NCBI GenBank assembly: GCA_964369025.1
Contig: CAYJEC010000001.1
Span: 1-41,778, forward strand
DNA from: an uncultured Ideonella sp.
Lineage (GTDB): Bacteria; Pseudomonadota; Gammaproteobacteria; Burkholderiales; Burkholderiaceae_C
DNA length: 41,778 bases
Reading direction: 5' to 3'
Under the pieces are notes generated by a model. That model did not search any database. It was given only the letters and a program-made list of their open reading frames with translations, and was not told the origin of the DNA. The position numbers were made by a program, and so were the translations under genes. This document shows positions 26,359-34,857 of the stretch, piece after piece; within the stretch, counting starts at the first letter, position 1; each line of letters opens with the position of its first letter.

Positions 26359-26498
26359 ATGAATAAATGCTCGTCAGAGTTGTTTTCAAGTTTCCGTCTA
26401 ATCAATTCGCTAACTGTAATTTTATACTTTTTAGCTTTTCTTAGTACCTTCTTTTTGAAAGTACTATCAGTCCTAAATTTTATTATTTCGTCTTTCAT
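26355..26498 (-). CDS. Small ribbon-helix-helix regulator (47 aa); not in the ORF track
   Basis: MKDEIIKFRTDSTFKKKVLRKAKKYKITVSELIRRKLE; first gene after the promoter at 26503-26533. Confidence 0.65.
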   Translation of the reverse strand: MKDEIIKFRTDSTFKKKVLRKAKKYKITVSELIRRKLENNSDEHLFI

Positions 26499-26502
26499 GG
26501 TA

Positions 26503-26533
26503 CAAACTTAGTGTACCCAAATGAGACCACAAA
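26503..26533 (-). promoter_or_regulatory. Bacteroidota-type primary-sigma promoter (early operon)
   Basis: TTTG-N19-TAAGTTTG matches the -33/-7 consensus. Confidence 0.65.
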
Positions 26534-26583
26534 ATATATTTTCACAAATTAAGGTAAGTTGCTGATTGTTAAAGGCAAAGAAA

Positions 26584-27039
26584 CTATATTGTAAGCCCTT
26601 TGCTTTTAATAATCCCGTGAATCCAATTTAAGTTTGGAGTGTTCTCAACAAACCTTTGGAAATAATGAACTATGACTTGAATAGTTAAAGGATAAAATTT
26701 TTGTTTTGAATTATGGAAATGTTTATTAATATAGTCAGCAGTCATGTGACTAAATGTTGGCACACCTTCGCAATCGCAATGTATATCATATTCATATCCG
26801 TAAACCTTTCCTTCAATCCTCATTCCTATATTAATCCACTCCTCGTGCCAAAATAAAGGCTCAAACTTACTATTCACAACTTGCCCTGCGAATGAATCAT
26901 TAAGGTCTGTTGGTACATATATGGTTTGGTTATTGTGATAGCTTAAACGCCTTATTTTAGTCCATGTCATATATGAAGTTACACAATAGAAATTGCCTTT
27001 TTTAATCCAAAGGTTAAAAGTTGTCATTTCTTTTTTCAT
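26584..27039 (-). CDS. Hypothetical protein
   Basis: 151-aa ORF. Confidence 0.55.
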   Translation of the reverse strand: MKKEMTTFNLWIKKGNFYCVTSYMTWTKIRRLSYHNNQTIYVPTDLNDSFAGQVVNSKFEPLFWHEEWINIGMRIEGKVYGYEYDIHCDCEGVPTFSHMTADYINKHFHNSKQKFYPLTIQVIVHYFQRFVENTPNLNWIHGIIKSKGLTI

Positions 27040-27370
27040 ATTATATATATATTATTATTAATCATGTATATGACTTCGGTGAAACGGTAGGATAGAATGT
27101 AGAGTGCCTATCCTGAGAAGTCCAAAAAAAGACTAATCAGTTAGCACCCCACTTAACAGTTTACATGACTTACGGAGCCAACGTATAGTGTCAAATGTCC
27201 CTATCTCGATAAAAAGAATCGGTGTAAGCGACTTATCGGTTAATATCAACCTATCCCCATCTCGCTCAGTTGTAGTGCCAATGGTTGCCCTATGGAATCC
27301 CCTAGTAGGCAAGTTATTCATCTTCCGCTAGTGCAAAGCCCTCGGTTAGATATAGGGGCGGTGTTAAATG

Positions 27371-27408
27371 AAAAAAGCCCCGAAACGCGGCAACGTCTCA
27401 AAGGCTTT
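27371..27408 (-). terminator. Terminator/attenuator hairpin
   Basis: AAAGCCTTTGAGACG-ttgccg-CGTTTCGGGGCTTT followed by TTT. Confidence 0.65.
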
Positions 27409-27481
27409 AGTAAGGTTTCCCTCATTTATCTTTTGGTGTGTTGCCGCACATTAAAATTTAACTTTGTATAAAGAACTAAGG

Positions 27482-27512
27482 CAAAAATAATACTTAATTC
27501 GATATTTACAAA
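27482..27512 (-). promoter_or_regulatory. Bacteroidota-type primary-sigma promoter
   Basis: TTTG-N19-TATTTTTG. Confidence 0.55.
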
Positions 27513-27896
27513 TTATTTTTTAAAGACTAACCCTAAAGTCAGTAAAATTATAAGACCACATACCCACCACGGGGTAAATTTAACCGGAATCTCTACTTTG
27601 GTATTGTGATTTACTGACACCGTTTTTATAACAGTATCTTTTTTAGTAATGGTTTGACTTACTATTTTATCTTTCCACTTGATAATTGTCATTGATTTAA
27701 CCCCTCCCGTGTCAATTAAGAGTGTATCTACTTCATTGTGGAACTGTACTACTGTATCAACCCTAAACCCTCTTAAAGTATCGTATTTAATAATAGTGTC
27801 ATTTTCAAACTTAATGCACCCCTTTTTAGTAGCTTGTTTGACATGGTAAGCGCATGAACATGAACTCAGAAATAGAATGATAAGAATGTATTTCAT
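27513..27896 (-). CDS. Lipoprotein with C-terminal TM helix; unimolecular-spanin-like
   Basis: LFLSS-C lipobox, beta-rich DT repeats, C-terminal PWWVCGLIILLTLGLVFKK; last gene of the lysis cassette. Confidence 0.6.
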   Translation of the reverse strand: MKYILIILFLSSCSCAYHVKQATKKGCIKFENDTIIKYDTLRGFRVDTVVQFHNEVDTLLIDTGGVKSMTIIKWKDKIVSQTITKKDTVIKTVSVNHNTKVEIPVKFTPWWVCGLIILLTLGLVFKK

Positions 27897-28120
27897 AACG
27901 GATCGGGTTCAAGGTCTTTCAAAGGTTCTTTATCCCTATCGTTCCATAACTGAACAATAAATGCACCAACACCAAACCAAAAGAATATACGGTTTTGAGT
28001 TATTGCAGGGATATTATAGAGAGCAAACATAGTCCCCAGCACCCCACTACCTAAGTAAGTGTATATTCGCCTTATCTTTCTTTTAGTAGCTTTTGATATT
28101 CTGAATTTTGCTTTTGCCAT
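27893..28120 (-). CDS. Small 2-TM membrane protein (holin candidate)
   Basis: Basic N-terminus, two hydrophobic helices, lysis context. Confidence 0.5.
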   Translation of the reverse strand: MAKAKFRISKATKRKIRRIYTYLGSGVLGTMFALYNIPAITQNRIFFWFGVGAFIVQLWNDRDKEPLKDLEPDPL

Positions 28121-28353
28121 TATTTTTTTCTTTTAGTCCAAACTTTCTTTAATCGATGAATAATATAAGCACTTGTTACTGCGGTAAAAATACTGATAAC
28201 ACTGTGCAGTAACTCGCTTTTAAATGATAGGGTTTGCATGGTAATGCAACCTATTGAAATTCCTCCTATCTCCTCAAGATTCATGACTGTCCAAACATGG
28301 ATGTCAAAAAACACTTCTTTCAGCATATCCTTAAGATAGTTTAGCATATACAT
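28120..28353 (-). CDS. Small membrane protein (holin candidate)
   Basis: Hydrophobic helices and a basic C-terminus. Confidence 0.5.
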   Translation of the reverse strand: MYMLNYLKDMLKEVFFDIHVWTVMNLEEIGGISIGCITMQTLSFKSELLHSVISIFTAVTSAYIIHRLKKVWTKRKK

Positions 28354-28669
28354 ATTTTAAAGCTGAATAAATTATCCCTATCAAAAGTCCCCAATACTCC
28401 CACATAGTAAATGAATGCGGGTCCGCCCAACATAACTTATAAATTGCATACAGATTGGCGCCTATACAGAAATCTAAAAACAATGCTTGCCATGAGTTGC
28501 GCTCTGATACTTTTCTTTCCCAATAAACAAGGGCAAAAAGTTCAAACACTAAAGCCCCGAAAAGAAAGATAATAGCGAATTGATTATCTTCACTCACTAT
28601 CAACTTTGACATATTGGTCAATAGCCTGAGAACGCAAACTGCAATTATAAGATTAATTGGTTTTCTCAT
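28331..28669 (-). CDS. Multi-TM membrane protein
   Basis: About four hydrophobic segments in 112 aa. Confidence 0.6.
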   Translation of the reverse strand: MRKPINLIIAVCVLRLLTNMSKLIVSEDNQFAIIFLFGALVFELFALVYWERKVSERNSWQALFLDFCIGANLYAIYKLCWADPHSFTMWEYWGLLIGIIYSALKYVYAKLS

Positions 28670-28899
28670 CGTGGTATTTTAACCGGCATTGGACCTCCCC
28701 ACGCTGGTATTAAAACGGGGTCTAATTGGTCATAGTCCTCAATGATAATTTCAAACTGATGAACATAATCTGATGCCAGGGCTTTAACGTCCGTTGAAGG
28801 CGGTAAGTTGTCATCTGAAATCTCTCTTTTAGCAAATCCAATTGAATTTACAAGTATCTCATTTTTTGAGACTGAACTTAGTGTATCGAATACTCTCAT
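28666..28899 (-). CDS. Hypothetical protein (likely start MRVFDTLSS)
   Basis: ATG at 28899 follows an A-rich run, in frame with the track ORF. Confidence 0.5.
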   Translation of the reverse strand: MRVFDTLSSVSKNEILVNSIGFAKREISDDNLPPSTDVKALASDYVHQFEIIIEDYDQLDPVLIPAWGGPMPVKIPR

Positions 28900-29065
28900 T
28901 TTCTTTTTTTTAAATAGGTTAAATATATTGAACTTCTGAATTAATCTTAGTATAATTAGCTTTATGCAAGCAGTTATAATGGTGTATGTTAGCGACATTC
29001 ATACTACTTTTTCTTTAGTCTTAAGCACATTAAAATAATATCAATCGTTATCTGAATACGTCTCA

Positions 29066-29482
29066 TCATATATCTGCTAATTGAAAGTGCATACCGTCTT
29101 TTCTTGTCCATTTACCTCCCCACTCAAAACCCGCATCTGTAAAGCATTTTACAAATCCTTCGCTCAGTTTCGGTGTTACTCCTAATCCATTCTCAAAAGC
29201 ATTTACATCAATAGCAATACCCCAACTATGCAAACTTAATGAATTTAATCCTCTTTTTTTACGGATATTGAAACACCCGTCAAAAGTCTTTAACTCATTT
29301 ACAAATCCCCTTGATATTAGATTAGAAAAGGCTTGTTTTAAAGGCTCTACTATGTCTTTATTACAGTATAATCTTTTAGGGATTACACCTATTTCAAGTT
29401 CTGTAGGAACGTCCCAAACCGTCATATTTTTATGCAGTTCAGGTTGTCCGTATTTCGCTATGCAGTCTTTTGAAGTTACCAT
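29066..29482 (-). CDS. Endolysin, M15-family Zn peptidase
   Basis: FNIR..RG..SLSLHSWGIAIDVN...FEWGGKW...DGMHFQ. Confidence 0.9.
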   Translation of the reverse strand: MVTSKDCIAKYGQPELHKNMTVWDVPTELEIGVIPKRLYCNKDIVEPLKQAFSNLISRGFVNELKTFDGCFNIRKKRGLNSLSLHSWGIAIDVNAFENGLGVTPKLSEGFVKCFTDAGFEWGGKWTRKDGMHFQLADI

Positions 29483-29484
29483 AA

Positions 29485-32400
29485 TTAATATCTGTAAAGT
29501 GCTATTAACATTTGTTTATCAAAGTTAGGGGCAGTTGCGCTCGATGCAGTCAGGGTTATACCGGTCTGAATAGAAGTATAAGCCTTGTCGCTCAGTTCTG
29601 ATATTGTTTGAGTGTCTATTTCCCTTGATGTATATCCTGAAGGTGCAGTCCAAACCTGACCACCTGCATAATCACCTACATAGCACAAAGCGTATTCATA
29701 ATCCTGAACTGTTGTGAAGGATGCACTTGTTACGTTGTTACTTCCTGAACTTGTACCGGTTACTTGTTGTTCAAATGCGGTTATAGTTCCTGAATACTGA
29801 ACATAAGACAATTCTAAACTCGCATCAAAGGCACTTGCACCAAATGTAATCACGTTGTTAGCGTTACCTACACAATTAATACAACTGTAAATAGACTGTT
29901 TGAACTGTGAACTATAATAAGCATCTAGTGTATAGGTATTACCGGCAGTATCTGTCAAACTGCTTACACTTGTTGCGCTATAAGTCCTTATCGCTATAAA
30001 TACATGGTTTCCTGTTACTAAATTAAATGCCGGTGTTACTAATCCCAATTCAGGGGCTGATGCTGCAACACTATCAGAATTTACAAAGGTAAGATTTGAT
30101 GCCGGAACGCTATTAGTAACCGATTGGTCTGTATAACTTGCTAATTCTACACCGCCTCCAAAATCACCGCTTAAAGTGTCTCCAGTTCCTGAGTTATAAG
30201 ACCTTAACAAAGTGTCTCCGTTTGCCATAGCTGCTACTGTGAAATCCCAAACATTAGGGGCGAAAGATGCAACTGAACTAATAGCTAAATTACTGCCGTT
30301 CTTTTTAAATGAGTGACCTAAATTGGTCATGTCTACTGCCATATCAAAAGTCAATCTTATTGTGGTAGCGTTTATAGCTTCTGCCTCTGTTACAGTTGGT
30401 GCTGCTGATGCGGTTGTGTAATCAACATACTGTAAAGGTTGTACTGCAATAGCCCTGAACCCTTCGCCTGAAGATTCTGATACTGCTATTACTCTTACCG
30501 TAGTAGGTGCGTCTGCATTGGCAGTAGGGTCAAAATAATCTACATAAACCTTATCATATCCTTCATAGGTCATTTCACAACCTAACGCATTAGTAATAAT
30601 TTCAAAGGATTTCCAGTCTGCTAAGTAATTATTAAAGATTGTACCTGCTGAACTATTTAAAACTACGGTATCATTTAATCTTAACTTGTAATTGCTAACA
30701 AATAAATTCATCCCCACTTGTGCAATTATTTTGTCTGTATCATCTAGCACCTGAACCATTACATTAGATTCATCTGTAGGCTCTGTACCGTTATAATCCA
30801 TAAAGGTTACATCACCATAGACTTTCCATCTTTTCATTGCTGGATTAGCGGTGAAATCATCACAATCTACATACTGACTAGTCCCCTCTGTTCCACTTGC
30901 TACCAACCTTACATATAAATCAGGTGTAGGGTCTATGGGCTGCATGATATTTGTCTGAACTTTAAAGGTAGAGGATTCTGCTGCCGACCTTACTATATTT
31001 GCAGTATTAGCGTGAATAGATCGCGGGGTCAATTGTTCAAGTAAGTTAGTTCCTTCAAGTGGTACTGATACCGGAGGAACAATATCTACTGTCTGAATAG
31101 CTATTGAACTTACACCTGTGATAATATCTAATTGACTTGCACCGTGATACCCCTCATCCCTTCTCGTTACAATCAAAGTATCTGCATTGTAATAAAAGAA
31201 TCTGAATGCACCACTATTACCTGACGCTCTTACCCCATAAGGCCCGATAGCATCTGACCTCCATCTATCCGTTCCAAACTGTCTTATAGGTATGCCGGTT
31301 TTGTGGTAAAAATTCATGTAGTTTACCTGCTTTCCTTTAAATCCTTCACAGTTAAAGCAAAGTAGTAAAATATCCCCGTCTGCCTGTACGTCCTGGAATG
31401 TATCTTGAACATCATTGCCGGCCTCCATATAATGAAGGACAGGGAATTGACCTCTATGACCTAAGTAACCTGCTGCACCCTCATCAGGTTGAGATGTAAG
31501 TCTTAATATATCCCAAAGTTTATCCCCTGTGGTCATATCATAAGCCCCTAAGTGTCTGAATGCCGTGGTAGTGGTTTCTTTGTTTTTTACAATAGCTATA
31601 TTATCGTCAAATTTACAGTTAAATGCTGCGTTACCGGCCTCTATAATCTCATCATCTGAGGCAATAGGTTGTAAGGTACATACTGTTACCCATCCACTAT
31701 AAACAGGGTTGTTTGACCCATCAAATGAAGTAATAGTCTTTTTTCTTAATATAGGGGTCTGTCCAGCTAGATAGGATGCTGAATAAATTTGCCAAATAGT
31801 GAAGTCTTCGTCTAGGAAATTACCAAAAAACAAACCTGATTCATTAATATAAACACCGGTGTATCTTATGCCTGAATTAGTCAACTCGACAATCTCTGTA
31901 CTTACGTTAGGAGGATAGGTTGAGTTATCATCTAAGGTTGCGTAAGTTCTACCGTTTGACAATGTGCTAACCCATCCAAAATCAGAGTAACCCTGAGTAT
32001 AATGGTCAACATCTATCTGAGCCATAAAGTTTCTTACATAAGTCCACGTTCCACTTGTTGTGATGTCGAACTCATGACCCATTATATAGAGTTTTAAAGG
32101 ATTAGTATGATTTAAACTTACCCCATAAACTGCCGGAAACTGTTGTATAGTATCTACATAAGTCTTAGTATATGAAGGATAAGCAATGTTATAAATCTGA
32201 ACCCTATTACAACCTATATCCCCAATCAATAAATCACCATTTGAATTGTCGTAACTTAAATGCGGTGTTTCAAGCCCTTTAGTAAGTCCGGTTGTATAAT
32301 CTGAAAAACTAAACCTATCGTTTGCTACTACTGCCGTACTCTGATACCCTCCGGTCTGTCCTAATGTCCAAAGTAATTTACTACCGGCTGGATATTGTGG

Positions 32401-33486
32401 TGCAATGTTAAATCCTTGAACGTATTGGTTAGAACCTCCCGAAATAACTGCTAATACATTATTTGTCTGGTCAATTGCTATTGTTAATTTATCAGTAGGG
32501 AAGTCAGAGATAGTAAGAAGTCCTAATGTAATGTCTCCGTCTACTGGGTTTACCTCTCCTAACAACATCCCTTTCGTTCCGAAGTTATCACCTAGCATCC
32601 AAACACTATCCCATAACTCATGGTATGCAAGTTCACACGGTGCGGTAAATGCGGTAATATTTGATGTTAAAGCCCCTGAAGGGGTTGCACCGCTTATGTC
32701 AAAAGCATAAATTTCATCTAATGCTTCACACGCTAACCATAAATAATCATTTGAACACGCTAATCCTGAAGGTGTATTCGCTGAATTAGTACTTATTCCT
32801 ATTGCATTAGGGTAGGTTATACCTGCTACTGCCGATTTAGAAGTTCCTGATGTTAATGCTAGTTGCGTTCCGTCTGATGTCTTTATTCCATATACCCAAG
32901 AATGACCATTACCAACGTCTACCCCTGCATAGAATACATAATCACCGTTAGGTGTTGCACAAACATACTCAGTTGATAAATTAGTATAGTTGCTTGACGG
33001 TGTAAAGTTCAAATAGTTTGCAGACTGAATATCTACCGCCCTGTCTACATACATTCCTATATTATTATTCCCTTCGTTAAAGGAATAACCCATATAGATT
33101 CTTGTTCCGGTTACTACGGTTCTTACTACCCTGGAATAACCTGCAAATGTAGTAGCACCATAATTTAAAGTAGCAGTATTCCCAACAGTATACCAATTGT
33201 CTGTTAAATTACTTGTAAGTATCTTAGCCTCAAAGTCAGACCCTGCAACTGGATTGCCTCTATCGTCTAGTCCGTCCCATTCAATTTCATAAGTACCTGC
33301 TAATTTATATTCATAGACATACAATGTCCTTAGTAATGTTTTAACATCACCTGTATCTGATTTTACAACTATTGCAATACCTCCGACAAATGCCGGTGAT
33401 GACAAAGTGTAATATCCAACAACTGCCGGAGCGGGTTGCCCTGCCTTTCGTGGTCTTAATGAAATTGCGGTACTTATTCCTAGCAT
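29485..33486 (-). CDS. Large multidomain virion/receptor-binding protein (FlgD Ig-like + beta-propeller-like + Ig-like + C-terminal beta domain)
   Basis: AGTYEIEWDGLDDRGNPV (FlgD-Ig-like), IGDIGCNRVQI (NHL-like), APTVTEAEAINATTIRLTFDMAV (Ig-like); S/T/G-rich. Confidence 0.6.
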   Translation of the reverse strand: MLGISTAISLRPRKAGQPAPAVVGYYTLSSPAFVGGIAIVVKSDTGDVKTLLRTLYVYEYKLAGTYEIEWDGLDDRGNPVAGSDFEAKILTSNLTDNWYTVGNTATLNYGATTFAGYSRVVRTVVTGTRIYMGYSFNEGNNNIGMYVDRAVDIQSANYLNFTPSSNYTNLSTEYVCATPNGDYVFYAGVDVGNGHSWVYGIKTSDGTQLALTSGTSKSAVAGITYPNAIGISTNSANTPSGLACSNDYLWLACEALDEIYAFDISGATPSGALTSNITAFTAPCELAYHELWDSVWMLGDNFGTKGMLLGEVNPVDGDITLGLLTISDFPTDKLTIAIDQTNNVLAVISGGSNQYVQGFNIAPQYPAGSKLLWTLGQTGGYQSTAVVANDRFSFSDYTTGLTKGLETPHLSYDNSNGDLLIGDIGCNRVQIYNIAYPSYTKTYVDTIQQFPAVYGVSLNHTNPLKLYIMGHEFDITTSGTWTYVRNFMAQIDVDHYTQGYSDFGWVSTLSNGRTYATLDDNSTYPPNVSTEIVELTNSGIRYTGVYINESGLFFGNFLDEDFTIWQIYSASYLAGQTPILRKKTITSFDGSNNPVYSGWVTVCTLQPIASDDEIIEAGNAAFNCKFDDNIAIVKNKETTTTAFRHLGAYDMTTGDKLWDILRLTSQPDEGAAGYLGHRGQFPVLHYMEAGNDVQDTFQDVQADGDILLLCFNCEGFKGKQVNYMNFYHKTGIPIRQFGTDRWRSDAIGPYGVRASGNSGAFRFFYYNADTLIVTRRDEGYHGASQLDIITGVSSIAIQTVDIVPPVSVPLEGTNLLEQLTPRSIHANTANIVRSAAESSTFKVQTNIMQPIDPTPDLYVRLVASGTEGTSQYVDCDDFTANPAMKRWKVYGDVTFMDYNGTEPTDESNVMVQVLDDTDKIIAQVGMNLFVSNYKLRLNDTVVLNSSAGTIFNNYLADWKSFEIITNALGCEMTYEGYDKVYVDYFDPTANADAPTTVRVIAVSESSGEGFRAIAVQPLQYVDYTTASAAPTVTEAEAINATTIRLTFDMAVDMTNLGHSFKKNGSNLAISSVASFAPNVWDFTVAAMANGDTLLRSYNSGTGDTLSGDFGGGVELASYTDQSVTNSVPASNLTFVNSDSVAASAPELGLVTPAFNLVTGNHVFIAIRTYSATSVSSLTDTAGNTYTLDAYYSSQFKQSIYSCINCVGNANNVITFGASAFDASLELSYVQYSGTITAFEQQVTGTSSGSNNVTSASFTTVQDYEYALCYVGDYAGGQVWTAPSGYTSREIDTQTISELSDKAYTSIQTGITLTASSATAPNFDKQMLIALYRY

Positions 33487-33487
33487 A

Positions 33488-33769
33488 TTAATGTATCAAT
33501 ACTGAACCTGATGTAAGTTTAATCTGAGAAAACTCTTTCCCTGCTTCTGAAAGGATGATAAGCCCTGATGCAATTGAATTACCGGCTAAATTCATGTACC
33601 CTGCTAATGCTACATTAGTTGCAAAATCAACATCTTCAGCATAGTATAACTCTGCTATTACGGTATCACCGTTCATCTGAATAGAGTTAAAAGCCCTTGT
33701 AATAGTGTCAGTAGTGTCAATTAGCTTCGCGCCTTTTGCTCCTGAGATTGTTTCTAGTCCTGTTGCCAT
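33488..33769 (-). CDS. Small structural protein (likely start MATGLE)
   Basis: C-terminal FSQIKLTSGSV motif; directly precedes the large virion protein. Confidence 0.55.
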   Translation of the reverse strand: MATGLETISGAKGAKLIDTTDTITRAFNSIQMNGDTVIAELYYAEDVDFATNVALAGYMNLAGNSIASGLIILSEAGKEFSQIKLTSGSVLIH

Positions 33770-33780
33770 GTTATTTTTTA

Positions 33781-34218
33781 TTAATTTATTTTTGGTATTG
33801 CGCACTCGTCATAGTTGAAATCTACTTTAAAGATTATGTCAAACATATGACCGTCTACGTTGTCTTTCATTTCCTCTCTTACCGGTTCAATAGCGTATGT
33901 AGGGACTAATTCCCATTCTACGTCTTGTTGCTGGTCGGCTGCTGCTATTAAGTCTAAACACATTTGAAAAGTATCTGATTCAACCTCTACTGCATTTGTT
34001 CTACCGTCTGAAATTCTATCAGCTATCAGAACTCTATAAGTGTAAAGTATCTCACGATCATTTATAGGAGTAATAATAGGACATACCCATAATAGAGGGT
34101 ATTCTACTGCCTCGCTTTGTGATATTTCCCAAAAGTCACCATACCCAAAATACTTTAACTGAGTATGGTTCGCTCGAAAATCTAAAAACCATTTATATAT
34201 CTTGTTTTTTGTTATCAC
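33781..34218 (-). CDS. Tail terminator/completion protein
   Basis: FGYGDFWE...YPLLWV...V.IAD...SDT.Q.C.D, acidic. Confidence 0.6.
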   Translation of the reverse strand: MITKNKIYKWFLDFRANHTQLKYFGYGDFWEISQSEAVEYPLLWVCPIITPINDREILYTYRVLIADRISDGRTNAVEVESDTFQMCLDLIAAADQQQDVEWELVPTYAIEPVREEMKDNVDGHMFDIIFKVDFNYDECAIPKIN

Positions 34219-34334
34219 TTATCTTTCTTTTCTTGCTTTGCTAAATACGCTAATAGCTTTTGTTTATTCTTTTCACTTGTTGACCTAATCGCAATTTTTG
34301 CAGTAGGGCCAGTTAACTCGTCTTTCTGTTTCAT
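34215..34334 (-). CDS. Small overlapping basic peptide (39 aa); not in the ORF track
   Basis: MKQKDELTGPTAKIAIRSTSEKNKQKLLAYLAKQEKKDK; its stop overlaps the next start (GTGA). Confidence 0.4.
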   Translation of the reverse strand: MKQKDELTGPTAKIAIRSTSEKNKQKLLAYLAKQEKKDK

Positions 34335-34857
34335 ATCTTCGTTTGTTTCCGGTGAATATTCCTGATTGATACTTAGCCCTTCTACTCTGAATATCGCTCA
34401 TGTCGTTATTTCTAAAGTATAAAGGGTAGCTTGATTGTTCCTGAAATAGATAATCGCTTAATCTCTTAGCATAAAAGTCTGCCCTACCTTGCCATGTTGC
34501 CCTAACCATCTCTAAAGTGTCTTTATCTACCGGTTGTTGATTGTCTGAATTACTTGAAACAACCCCTTTATTAGACATTTTAAAGGTATAAGCGATACAA
34601 CCGGAGGCTATATTGGCATTAATTAGGAACTTCTCAATGATATTATCAAGTAAATAAGCATTTAAAACTGTTACTGAATTGCCGGTTATTTGCCCTGCAA
34701 TCTCATTATACAGGTCAGTTCCTAGTAATTGTTGTAATTCTATGTCCTGAACCATCAAAGTAGTTCCGTTTATCAGCTTATCGTCTACGTTATCTTCGAT
34801 AAAACCATACTTTTTTATGGTCGCTGCGCTTACAAATAGGGGTGTAGGTGTACTCAT
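34285..34857 (-). CDS. Head-tail adaptor/connector
   Basis: LFVS...K...I..NVD....QD...LLGT.LY; follows the portal. Confidence 0.6.
   Translation of the reverse strand: MSTPTPLFVSAATIKKYGFIEDNVDDKLINGTTLMVQDIELQQLLGTDLYNEIAGQITGNSVTVLNAYLLDNIIEKFLINANIASGCIAYTFKMSNKGVVSSNSDNQQPVDKDTLEMVRATWQGRADFYAKRLSDYLFQEQSSYPLYFRNNDMSDIQSRRAKYQSGIFTGNKRRYETERRVNWPYCKNCD

Noticed and set aside
27133-27321. 62-aa ORF as a confident gene
   Set aside because: No recognisable features, and it is not coupled to neighbouring genes.
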